Assembly (NCBI RefSeq): GCF_032191835.1
Contig: NC_083230.1
Location: forward strand, 130,696,001-130,760,000
Direction of reading: 5' to 3'
DNA length: 64,000 nt
From: Heteronotia binoei
Taxonomy: Eukaryota
Shown here one piece after another: positions 35,410-47,032 of this stretch. Each line of letters begins with the position of its first letter. Within the stretch, counting starts at the first letter, position 1. Under the pieces are notes generated by a model. The model worked only from the letters and a program-made list of their open reading frames with translations, had not been told where the DNA came from and did no database searches. Position numbers and translations under genes: made by a program.

Positions 35410-38400
35410 CGCCTCTATTCTGGTCGAGGGAAAGAGACTGAGTTTCTTGATGCTCTCAGTGACTGTGCTTAGGAGCAGATGGTCTCAGAACCTACCAGGG
35501 GTGGGGCGATCCTGGATTTGGTCCTAAGTAATGCCCAAGACTTGGTGAGAGATGCAAAACTGATTGTGCCGCTTGGGAGCAGTGACCATAATGTTATTGA
35601 TTTCACCGTTTGTATAAATAGGGAGTTGCCCAAAAAGACCGCCACAACCACGTTTAACTTTAAAAGGGGTAAATTCTCTGAGATGAGGAGGCATGTGAGG
35701 AGGAAACTGAAAGGAAAGGTAAATACGGTCAAAACCCTTGCGGAAGCTAGGAGACTATTTAAAACTATAATCCTAGAAGCTCAGATAAAATACATACCAC
35801 AAGTTAGGAAAGGCACCAACAGGCATAAGAAAAGGCCTGCATGGTTAACAAACAGAGTAATGGAAGCTGTCAAAGGTAAGGACTCCATTAAGCGGTGGAA
35901 AACCAGTCCAAGTGAGATTAGTAAAAGGGAACACAGGCTGTGGCAAATCAAATGCAAGACTGTGATCAGGCAGGCAAAAAGGGACTATGAGGAGCATATT
36001 GCAAAAAACATAAAGATCAACAATAAAAATTTCTTCAAATATATTAGAAGTAGGAAACCAGCCAGGGAGGCAAAGGGGCCCTTGGATGACCATGGGGTAA
36101 AAGGATTACTGAAGGAGGATAGGGAAATGGCTGAGAAGCTGAATGCATTTTTTGCCTCCATCGTCACTGTGGAAAATGAGAACTTTTTGCCCGCCCCAGA
36201 ACCACTAATTTTGGAAGGGGTGTTGAAAGACCTGAGTCAGATTGAGGTGACAAAAGAGAAGGTCCTACAACTAATAGACGAATTAAAAACTAATAAGTCA
36301 CCAAGTCCGGATGGCTTACATCCGAGAGTTCTGAAAGAACTCAAAATTGAACTTGTGGATCTTCTAACAAAAATCTGTAATCTTTCATTGAAATCTGCCT
36401 CCGTTCCCGAGGACTGGAAGGTAGCAAATGTCACCCCCATCTTTAAAAAGGGTTCCAGAGCAGATCCAGGAAATTACAGGCCAGTCAGTCTGACTTCAAT
36501 ACCGGGAAAGTTGGTAGAAACCATTATCAAGGACAGAATGAGTAGGCACATTGATGAACACGGGTTATTGAGGAAGACTCAGCATGGGTTCTGTAGGGGA
36601 AGATCTTGCCTCACTAACCTGTTACATTTCTTTGAGGGGGTGAACAAACATGTGGACAAAGGAGACCCAATAGTTGTTGTTTACCTTGACTTCCAGAAAG
36701 CTTTTGATAAAGTTCTTCATCAAAGGCTCCTTAGAAAGCTTGAGAGTCATGGAGTAAAAGGACAGGTCCTCTTGTGGATCAAAAACTGGCTGAGTAATAG
36801 GAAGCAGAGAGTGAGTATAAATGGGCAGTCTTCGCAATGGAGGACGGTAAGCAGTGGGGTGCCGCAGGGCTCAGTACTGTGTCCCATGCTCTTTAATGGT
36901 CTCTGCCGGCGTGGGATCATCGGGAGGAGCAGACACACAGTCCCATAGCCCCTCTCGCTTCAGGAAATGCTCTAGCCTTAATGACCAGGTATTATAGTTG
37001 GTGGTAGTCAGTTTATCCACCAGCACAGTAGCTGCTGCTGTAGCCATCCTGCTCAGCCTCTGACGTTCAGCCACTGCTGGTCTCACCTCCAAGACAGCTT
37101 CTGGAGCACCTCAACGTCCTTCTTCACCACCTCTCTCAGAGCTTACCACCTTCTTCACCACCTCTCTCAGAGCTCTCTCAGGTGCAGCGGAAGCGTGCTG
37201 GGCCCATAACCCTGATGATGCGCCTGTGCTTAGTGAGGGTGGTCTCCAGTGACTCAAAGAATGAAGGCCTGCACACAGCAGTGTTAAAACCACTATATAC
37301 AATTTATTTACACCTCCACTCTCCAATCCGACAGAATGCTCCGCTGCTCTCCACCATACATATCCTACACACAGTAAAGTGTCTTTGTACATTTATACAT
37401 CAGGTCCAGCCAGGTAACCAATCAGCTTCCTGCTGAGTCATGCTGACATTGCTCAGGCTGATGCAATCTGGCAACCAGCCACCTTCTGTCATTTAGATGA
37501 TCTACCTGTCAGTTCAGTTACTTTCACTTTCCCAGCATGTGCTAGAAACTGTTTGCCTTTGCATACAACTGACAAGGAGACTCAAAAGTTGTTGCTTACC
37601 TTGACTTCCCGGAAGCTTTTGATAAAGTTCCTCATCAAAGGCTCCTTAGAAAGCATGAGAGTCATGGAGTAAAAGGACAGGTCCTCTTGTGGATCAAAAA
37701 CTGGCTGAGTAATAGGAAGCAGAGAGTGAGTATAAATGGGCAGTCTTCGCAGTGGAGGACGGTAAGCAGTGGGGTGCCGCAGGGCTCAGTACTGGCTCCC
37801 ATGCTCTTTAACTTGTTCATAAATGATTTAGAGTTGGGAGTGAGCAGTGAAGTGGCCGAGTTTGCAGATGACACTAAATTGTTCAGGGTGGTGAGAACCA
37901 GAGAGGATTGTGAGGAACTCCAAAGGGACCTGTTGAGGCTGGGTGAGTGGGTGTCAACGTTGCAGATGCAGTTCAGTGTGGCCAAGTGCAAAGTAATGCA
38001 CATTGGGGCCAAGAATCCCAGCTACAAATACAAGTTGATGGGGTGTGAACTGGCAGAGACTGACCAAGAGAAAGATCTTGGGGTCATGGTAGATAACTCA
38101 CTGAAAATGTCAAGACAGTGTGCGTTTTCAATAAAAAAAGGCCAACGCCACAATGGGAATTATTAGGAAGGGAACTGAAAACAAATCAGCCAGTATCATA
38201 ATGTCCCTGTATAAATCGATGGTGCGGTCTCATTTGGAGTACTTTGTGCAGTTCTGGTCACCGCACCTCAAAAAGGATATTATAGCATTGGAGAAAGTCC
38301 AGAAAAGGGCAACTAGAATGATTAAAGGGCTGGAACACTTTCCCTATGAAGAAAGGTTGAAACGCTTGGGGCTCTTTAGCTTGGAGAAACGTCGACTGCG

Positions 38401-38790
38401 GGGTGACATGATAGAGGTTTAGAAGATAATGCATGGGATGGAGAAAGTAGAGAACGAGGTACTTTTCTCCCTTTCTCACAATACGAGAACTCGTGGGCAT
38501 TCGATGAAATTGCTGAGCAGACAGGTTAAAATGGATAAAAGGAAGTCCTTCTTCACCCAAAGGGTGATTAACATGTGGAATTCACTGCCACAGGTGGTGG
38601 TGGCGGCCACAAGCATGGCCACCTTCAAGAGGGGTTTCGATACAAATATGGAACAGAGGTCCATCAGTAACTATTAGCCACAGTGTTGGTGTGTATATAT
38701 ATATAAAAGAAATTTTGGCCAATGTGTGACACAGAGTGTTGGACTGGATGGGCCATTTGCCTGATCCAACATGGCTTCTCTTATGTTCTT
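35410..38790 (+). mobile_element. CR1 LINE ORF2 (end of endonuclease, RT, 3'UTR), interrupted by a Copia fragment, with ~234 bp duplicated
   Basis: ILDLVLSN...SDHN; GNYRPVSLTSIPGK; YLDFQKAFDKV; GVPQGSVL; FADDTKL. 36660-36893 recurs at 37575-37808. Confidence 0.93.
36894..37574 (-). mobile_element. Ty1/Copia fragment: LTR (37212-37574), PBS and start of gag
   Basis: LTR TG...CA is followed by GGTTATGGGCCCAG (37211-37198), the copia half-tRNA-iMet PBS. Gag start MATAAATVLVDKLTTTNYNTWSLRLEHFLKREGLWDCV fits the Copia LxxxNYxxW...LW motif. Confidence 0.85.
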
Positions 38791-39254
38791 GACAGCTTGG
38801 AAGTCACTGACGTCAAGAAAAGGAAGTAGGGTTCTTGGAGTTCTTGGAGTTATGCCCCCTCCCCCCAATGGATATTAGACGTGTTACTGATTCATGAGTT
38901 CTGGTTCCTCCCTCCCTCCCCAGCACCTCCAGTGGTCTCCTCCATACAAAAAGACACTGTCCTTGTTCTCCCCACCTTGCATCTCTCTGCTTCCTTTGGA
39001 AAAGTCTGAGTCCAGCGACACCTTTAAGACCAACAAAGTTTTATTCTGGGGATAAGCTTTTCTGTGCATATATACAATAGATTACTCCGGAATACAACTT
39101 TGTTGGTCTGAAAAGGGCCCCTGGAATCAAAATTTCTTCTGCTGCTTCAGACTGACCCGGCTTTCCACAATAAGCAGCTTCCTTTGAATTGGTTGATCCC
39201 TCCCCTCTTTGAGTTCTGAGTTTTTTACGGGGTTCTCCTCAAATGATTCTCCTG

Positions 39255-39845
39255 CTGGAATGGCCTTGGGTCAGCCAGAGATCTTTTATCTGGGAGAAAT
39301 GGGTTTGATTCCCCACTCCTCCACCTGCAGCTGCTGGAATGGCCTTGGGTCAGCCAGAGCTCTCTTATCTGGGAGAACCGGGTTGGATTCCCCACTCCTC
39401 CACTTGCACCTGCTGGCGTGGCCTTGGGTCAGCCAGAGCTCTCTTATCTGGGAGAACCGGGTTTGATTCCCCCTTCCTCCACTTGCACCTGCTGGAATGG
39501 CCTTGGGTCAGCCAGAGCTCTCTTATCTGGGAGAAACGGGTTTGATTCCCCACTCCTCCACTTGTACCTGCTGGCATGGCCTTGGGCCAGCCAGAGCTCT
39601 CTTATCTGGGAGAGTCGAGTTTGATTCCCCCTCCTCCACTTGCACCTGCTGGAATGGCCTTGGATCAGCCATAGCTCTCCTAGGAGTTGTCCTTAAACGG
39701 ACAGCTTCTGTCAGAGGTCTCTGAGCCCCACCCACCTCACAGGGTGTCTATTGTGGGGGAGGAAAGTAAAGGAGATTGTGACCACTCTGAGACTCTGAGA
39801 TTCAGAGTGGAGGGCGGGTTTTAAATCCAATGTTGTCTTCTTCTT
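39255..39845 (+). repeat. 79-bp array (5 copies) plus SINE tail; SINE head deleted
   Basis: Units at 79-nt spacing from ~39284 to 39600. Tail and right flank match the block at 52108-53246. Confidence 0.88.
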
Positions 39846-41523
39846 ACATTGTAATATATAATGAAATAATTATACAACTCTCAGCCCAGTTGCTAACAGG
39901 CCACAGAGCGGGGGTTGTGGACCCCTGACTTAGAGGGAACATCCTCTCTTGTTTTGTTTGTTTATCGGATAATCCTAGGGAACTATTCCTTTCGATGATA
40001 CCCTTATACATGGTCTCTAGATGGATTTTGCATATTATCTCCGCCTATCTGACTGGCACATCTTGCCCCACTCTTCCTCATAAGAGCTTAGAGTCACTAA
40101 TGCGTGTTCTCCTCTCCTTCATTTCATCCCTACAACAACCATGTGAGGTAGGTCAGGCTGAGAGAAGACGACTGGCCCATGTCTGCATATCTGAATGGAA
40201 GTACCGGATTCTACTCTGACCTCTGGCCACCCGATAGCTCTGGCTCACCCCATAACCCTGCATAATCCTGTCAACCTCTATCCTATCACCCCCCCAGCCA
40301 TCGTTTCTCCAAGCTAAAGAGCCCCAAGTGCCTTCATGTAGTGAAAATGTTCCAATCCTTTAATCATTCTAGTTGCCCTTTTCTGCACTTTTTCCAATGC
40401 TATAATATCTTTTTTGAGGTGTGCAGACCAAAATTGCACACAGTATTCCAAATGAAACCGCACCATCGATTTATACAGGGGCATTATGATACTGGCTGAT
40501 TTGTTTTCAATCCCCTTCCTAATAATCTCCAGTTTAGCATTGGCTTTTTATAATTGCAGTTCCACACTGCAATAAAAGATGGAAAAGCATAGTGAATTGA
40601 TTGTATGCCCCTTCCCTCCCAGCTGGAGCAGATGAAATGGAAAGCAGAACAGCGTTATAAGTAAATGATAATGTCATATTGTTATTTTATTTAGGCACTA
40701 CCTGGATTGCATTAATTGAAGCTGTCGAAGCAGGAAAAAACACAAACTGCCATCCTTTGCTCTTGGTATATTCTCTTATCTTAGGAGAAATGTATGCGGT
40801 CTCCATTCCACTCTACTGAACATTTTTAAAATCTGAACAAACCGTAGTTCTGCAAGGCTCACCTGGAGTGGCTGTTTTGGCAGGAAAAGGGCTCAAGGAG
40901 TCCCCCTTTTTTATGCCAGCATGTTGACAGGGGGGTTGTCAGACTCCTGGAAATAGCCTGGGGCCCCAAAGCTACTCACCTTTGCACATGGACAACAAGT
41001 GATGGTAGGTTTCCACCTCCTCCTTCTACAGGCTTTTGGTCCCTGCTCATCCTGTTTACCAGAAGAGAGCACTTTAGGCTAAAGTTTCCAAGGTTACTCC
41101 ATTGTAGCCCCAAGATGTGGAACCTAAACTGGATCTGGAAAGACTCTCTCCTCAGCCAGCACGAAGCCTCTGATGCCCTGGAGCAGAAAGAGTTATGCAA
41201 AACTGGTACTGCCAGGAGAGCCGAATTCTATTCTTGGATGATGGTCCTTTGGGGATGATCCTGGATTGGAAACCTTCAGGGAGCGAAGTACAGTGGCTGG
41301 AAGCTCAGGGGATTTGTCTGGGTTGTGTCTCACGTTCTCCGGGGAGAGAAGTGTAATTTATACCCAGAGGCACATACAGAACATGTCAACCTGCTGTGGG
41401 CTGGACTAGAGATGCTGTCTTCAGCTTTCGCCCCAAAGCTACTCCCTGGCTCGAATTTCTGTTCTCTGCAGTTTGGTTGGTCCTAGTAAAAAATAGGGTT
41501 GCTAATCCCCAGTTGGGAAGCAA

Positions 41524-43008
41524 GAGAGCCAGTTTGGTGCAGACTCTTCTCTGGGAGAACCGGGTTTGATTCTCCCCTGCTCCACTTGTAGCTGCTGGAA
41601 TGGTCTTGGGTCAGCCATAACTCTCTTATCTGGGAGAACCGGGTTTGATTCCCCCACTCCTCCACTTGCAGCTGCTGGAATGGCCTTGGGTCAGCCAGAC
41701 AGAGCTCTCTTATCTGGGAGAACCGGGTTTGATTCCCCGCTCCTCCACTTGCAGCTGCTGGAATGGCCTTGGGTCAGCCAGAGCTCTCTTATCTGGGAGA
41801 ACTGGGTTTGATTCCCCCCTCCTCCCCTTGCAGCTGCTGGAATGGCCTTGGGTCAGCCATAGCTCTCTTATCTGGGAGAACAGGGTTTGCTTCCCCACTT
41901 CTCCACTTGCAGCTGCTGGAATGGCCTTGGGTCAGCCATAACTCTCTTATCTGGGAGAACCGGATTTGATTCCCCACTCCTCCACTTGCACCTTCCGGAA
42001 TGGCTTTGGGTCAGCCATAGCTCTCTTATCTGGGAGAACCGAGTTTGATTCCCGCCTCCTCCACTTGCACCTGCTGGAATGGCCTTGTATCAGCCTTAGC
42101 TCTCTTATCTGGGAGAACCGGGTTTGATTCCCCCCTCCTCCACTTGCAGCTGCTGGGATGGCTTTGGTCAGCCAGAGCTCTCTTATTTGGGAGAACCGGG
42201 TTTGATTCCCCACTCCTCCACTTGCCGCTGCTAGAATGGCCTTGGGTCAGCCAGAGCTCTCTTATTTGGGAGAACCGGGTTTGATTCCCGCCTCCTCCAC
42301 TTGCAGCTGCTGGAATGGCCTTGGGTCAGCCAGAGCTCTCTTATTTGGGAGAACCGGGTTTGATTCTCCACTCCTCCACTTGCTGCTACTGGGATGGCTT
42401 TGGTCAGCCAGAGCTCTCTTATTTGGGAGAACCGGGTTTGAATCCCCCCTCCTCCACTTGCAGCCACTGGGATGGCTTTGGTCAGCCAGAGCTCTCTTAT
42501 TTGGGAGAACCGGGTTTGATTCCGCACTCCTCCACTTTCAGCTGCTGGAATGGCCTTGGGTCAGCCAGAGCTCTCTTATCTGGGAGAACCGGGTTTGATT
42601 CCCCACTCCTCCACTTGCAGCTGCTGGAATGGCCTTGGGTCAGCCAGAGCTCTCTTATTTGGGAGAACCGGGTTTGATTCCCCACTCCTCTACTTGCAGC
42701 TGCTGGAATGGCCTTGGGTCAGCCAGAGCTCTCTTATTTGGGAGAACCGGGTTTGATTTCCCACTCCTCCACTTGCAGCTACTGGGATGGCTTTGGTCAG
42801 CCAGAGCTCTCTTATTTGGGAGAACCGGGTTTGATTCCGCACTCCTCCACTTGCAGCTGCTGGAATGGCCTTCGGTCAGCCAGAGCTCTCTTATCAGGGA
42901 GAACCGGGTTTGATTCCCCACTCCTCCACTTGCAGCTGCTGGAATGGCCTTGGGTCAGCCAGAGCTCTCTTATTTGGGAGAACCGGGTTTGATTCCCCAT
43001 TCCTCTAC
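41524..43008 (+). repeat. SINE head plus 78/79-bp array (about 19 copies)
   Basis: gagaac anchor counted 19 times between 41555 and 42978. Same flanks as the arrays at 19671/27363 and 55219. Confidence 0.9.
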
Positions 43009-43378
43009 AGTTGGATTCTAGGAATACAACATAAAAAGACATGTCCCAGCCAGGGTTTGTTTGTAGCAGGAACTCCTTTGCATATTAGTCCACACCCCTG
43101 TGATGTAGCCAATCCTCCAAGAGCTTACAGGGCTCTTCTTACAGGACCTTGTGTAAGCTCCAGGAGGATTGGCTACCTCACAAGGGTGTGGCCTTATATG
43201 CAAAGGAGTTTCTGCTACAAAAAAACGCCCTAGCCAGGGTCTCCACTTCACTTGTACTGCAGGGGAGAAGTCTTTCTGCAGATGAGATCTTTTTTATATC
43301 TACCTTCTAGAACCACTGATGGCGTAGAAACAGACCCAGGCCGATCATGTGCTCTCCTTTGAGAAGGAACATCCAACA

Positions 43379-43854
43379 TGTCAAGCATCTGTAATTCTAT
43401 AATGCTGATCTATAAGCAATGTGACTATAGGCCTGCTCCATCAAAGCCTGTTTAGCATCTTAGGAGACAAGGAGTCTGGGATCCTGTTATTCTCACTTGT
43501 TTATGACCCTCACGTATCATTGTTATTTAGAGTAACTATCAGGGAAAGAAGCAATCAGTGCGCCCACGAAACTTCTGAGGAGCGCACTGACCATCTGTGC
43601 CTGGCAAGGTCATATTAGATAACGCTTGGGAACAGGCGTAATTTTGACACTGTCTGTGTGAATACTCCCCAACCCTCTCTTGCCCCCTCTTTTGGAATGT
43701 CTTTGATGTATCTCCTAAAAGTATTGTACCTATGTATCCATTTCAAATCTTCTCACGACCTAGCCCTGGCCCAGCCTCGGCCAAAGTAGCGAGTAGTCAA
43801 TAAATGATTGTCTTTATATTAATATCGACTCGTCATTGACCCGAATGCTTGACA
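43379..43854 (+). mobile_element. Solo LTR (476 bp)
   Basis: Perfect 10-bp terminal inverted repeats tgtcaagcat/atgcttgaca, TSD caaca, AATAAA at ~43799. Empty sites at ~30270 and ~56210. Confidence 0.9.
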
Positions 43855-45887
43855 CAACAGGCTAAGATATCAGGCCATGATCATAACATATCTAAGCTTC
43901 ATGGGAGCCATAAAGTTTGGTGATTGGGAGATACATAGTGTCAAGCATGCGGTTTTCAATAACGAGTCAAGTGGATACAAAACTACGTTTATTGATAGAC
44001 CAATACTTTCTCCTAGTACAGGTTCTTGAGAGTGATGCGAAAAATACATTGATACAATACTTTTAAGGCATACTTCAAAGAGTTCCCAAAGGTGGGGGCG
44101 AGGGATGCGCTCTTGGTTGACACACACACCGAATCACTCACTTTGAAATCCCACACTGGCACATGGGAGTTGTCATATTGTTTCTTATATGCTTCTTTGG
44201 CCATTTCCAGGTTCTCCTGGATTCCCTTCCAGCTTTCCCCCAGCTTTTTCCATCATTGCTCAAAGGTGGTGGGGTCTCTGGCTCGTTCTCCCCTTGGTAG
44301 TAACAGGACAGGCTTTCCTTCATACCCATTCACAATTTGGAATGGGGAGGCTTTGGTTAAGCTATGAACACTGTTATTATAGCCATACTCAGCAAACGGC
44401 AACAGGTCTGCCCAATTGGACTGTTGGTGGTTCATATAGCACCGTAAATATTGCACTAGAAGCGCGTTTACTCGTTCCGTCTGCTCGTCTGTTTGGGGAT
44501 GGTATGCTGAGCTCAAACCTTGTTCTATACCCATTAGTTTGCAGAACTCCCGCCAGACATTGGCAAAGAACTGTGGGCCACGGTCACTAATGATCTTATC
44601 TGGGAATGAATGGATCTTCACAATGTGATGGAAAAACAAATAAGCTAGCCTCTTGGCCATTGGCAATTGCACACATGGGATGAAATGTGCCTGTTTGGAA
44701 AAGGTGTCCACTACTACCAGGATTACGTTTTTCCCTTGTGAAACTGGCAGTTCTACTATAAAATCCATTGACACTACGGACCACGGGCATGTAGCTGTTT
44801 CCAGAGGCGTTAACAGACCTGGGGGTTTCCCTCCCCTCCTTTTGGCCATCAAGCAAATAGGGCAAAAGGCCACAAACTCAGAAACATCCTTTTTCATAGA
44901 GGGCTACCAAAATTGCCTGTTAATTAAGTGCGGTGTCTTCATATACCCAAAATGCCCCACAGGTTTGTTAGAGTGGCAGAACTGCAAGACCTCCGAATAA
45001 AGGCTCTTGGGGACATATAGTTTGCAATCCTTGTACCAGAATCCATCCTCCCCTTTTTGCACCTCACCTGGTTGGTCTTCCCCTTCATTTTCCGTTTCTG
45101 TGGCCAGGCGTTTCCCTCTCCACTTCTCTGTCTGAAGATTCTGCTTTGATTTGCAGCGGGTGGTCACCATGGCTGCTACTTGGGAGAGGGGAAATCAAGG
45201 AATCTACCACCGCTTCCTTTTGGCTATTGTGCTGGGGAAGGTGTGAAAGGGTGTCTGCCAAAAATTTTTTTGTTCCCAGGGTATGCTTCAGAACGAAGTC
45301 AAATTTAGAGAAAAATCCCGCCCACCTAATTTGTTTCTCAGTGAGTTTACGACAGCCGGTGAGCGCCTCCAAATTTTTATGATCAGTCCAAATTTCAAAT
45401 GGCAGCTTGGCACCTTCTAGCCAGGACCTCCAGGTCTTTAAAGCATAGGTTACTGCAAAAGCTTCTTTATCCCACACTGACCAGTTTCTCTGCTCATGGG
45501 AAAATTTCTTAGAAATGTAGGGACAGGGTTTCAGTCTTCCTTCCTCATCTCTCTGCATGAGGATGGCTCCGACGGCAACGTCGGAAGCATCACATTGCAC
45601 AATGAAGGGTTTTAGTTTATTGGGGTGACTCAGGACTGGCTCACTGGTGAACAGTCGCTTAAGTTTAGTGAACGCCTCTTGGCATTTAGGCATCCAATAT
45701 AGCTTTGCCCCCAGTTTTTTGGCATCAGGACCTTTCCCCTTAGTTTTCAACAATTCAGTGAGGTGCAACTTTGTTTGAGCAAACCCTGGTATGAAAGTGC
45801 GGTAAAAACTGGTGAACCCGAGGAACAATTGGAGCTGTCTACGTGTCCTCGGGGGAGCCCAATCTAGTACCACTTGGACCTTACTCA

Positions 45888-46164
45888 AGAAGATGAAGAA
45901 GATATTGGATTTATATCCCGTCCTCCACTCCAAAGAGTCTTAGAGTGGCTCACAATCTCCTTTACCTCCCCCACAACAAACACCCTGTGAGGTGGGTGGG
46001 GCTGAGAGGGCTCTCCCAGCAGCTGCCCTTTCAAGGACAACCTCTGCCAGAGCTATGGCTGACCCAAGGCCATGCCAGCAGGTGCAAGTGGAGGAGTGGG
46101 GAATCAAACCCGGTTCTCCCAAATAAGAGTCCTCACACTTAACCACTACACCAAACTGGCTCTC
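45888..46164 (-). mobile_element. Monomeric Squam3-like SINE nested in the sushi RT
   Basis: Full SINE with A box, B box, a single 79-bp region and a (ttc)n tail. Confidence 0.9.
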
Positions 46165-46280
46165 AGGTTGCCAGGGTGTTGGGGTCCGGTCAATGGCCAG
46201 CCCCTGCCCGGACACCCTGAAACCCAAGTTATTGAGTTCGGTTTTATGGAACTCGCATTTGGACAACTTAGCATACAGTT

Positions 46281-47032
46281 GGAACGCAGCGACCTAGCAA
46301 CTGTGATCCACGCAACGGTCACCTCGAGACTAGACTACTGCAATGCCCTCTACATGGGGCTGCCCTTATACCGAACACGGAAGCTTCAGGTAGTCCAGAA
46401 CACGGCGGCCAGGCTGCTAATGGGACTACCACGGTGGGAACACGTGCGGCCTGGGCTGCGGGATCTGCACTGGCTGCCGGTTGTGTACCGTGTTCGCTAT
46501 AAAGTGCTGGTCATTACCTTTAAAGCCCTATATGGCCGAGGACCTGCCTACGCAAGGGACCACCTCTCCCCATATGTTCCCCAGAGAGCACTGAGATCCA
46601 GTTCTCAAAATCTTTTAACAATCCCTGGGCCAAGAGAGGCTAGTCTGAAGATAACCAGGGAGCAAGCCTTCTCAGCAATGGCCCCTCGATGGTGGAATCA
46701 TCTTCCAGAGATGGTGCGAGCCCTGCGGGACTTGAACCAATTCCGCAGGGCTTGCAAAACATTTCTTTTCCAGCTTGCCTTTGAAACAGAACCTGGCTAA
46801 ACCGACTTGTAGCCACCTAGCCATCTTGTGTATATTATGACTTATAGTATTTTATAGCACCTATTTTATCTATTTTAACTAAGTTATTTATGTAATTGAT
46901 TATATTTAAAATTGTTGTTTACATTGTTTTATTTGAATCATGGAATGCCATGTCTGTGAGCCGCCCTGAGCCCGCCTTTGGCGGGGGAGGGCGGGATACA
47001 AAAATAAATTTATTATTATTATATTATTATTA
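46281..47032 (+). mobile_element. L2-clade LINE 3' fragment nested in the sushi RT
   Basis: SDLATVIHATVTSRLDYCNALY...LHWLPVVYRVRYKVL and a (tta)n tail. It splits the RT sequence KHKL|YAK with a short agtt duplication. Confidence 0.9.

Noticed and set aside
35479-36948. 489-aa CR1 ORF as an active or domesticated reverse transcriptase
   Set aside because: It is 5'-truncated and broken by the Copia junction before the catalytic ADD motif, and the downstream part is frameshifted.
43379-43854. Element with 10-bp TIRs as a DNA transposon
   Set aside because: TG...CA ends, a 5-bp TSD, an internal AATAAA and U5 similarity to the sushi LTR indicate a solo LTR.
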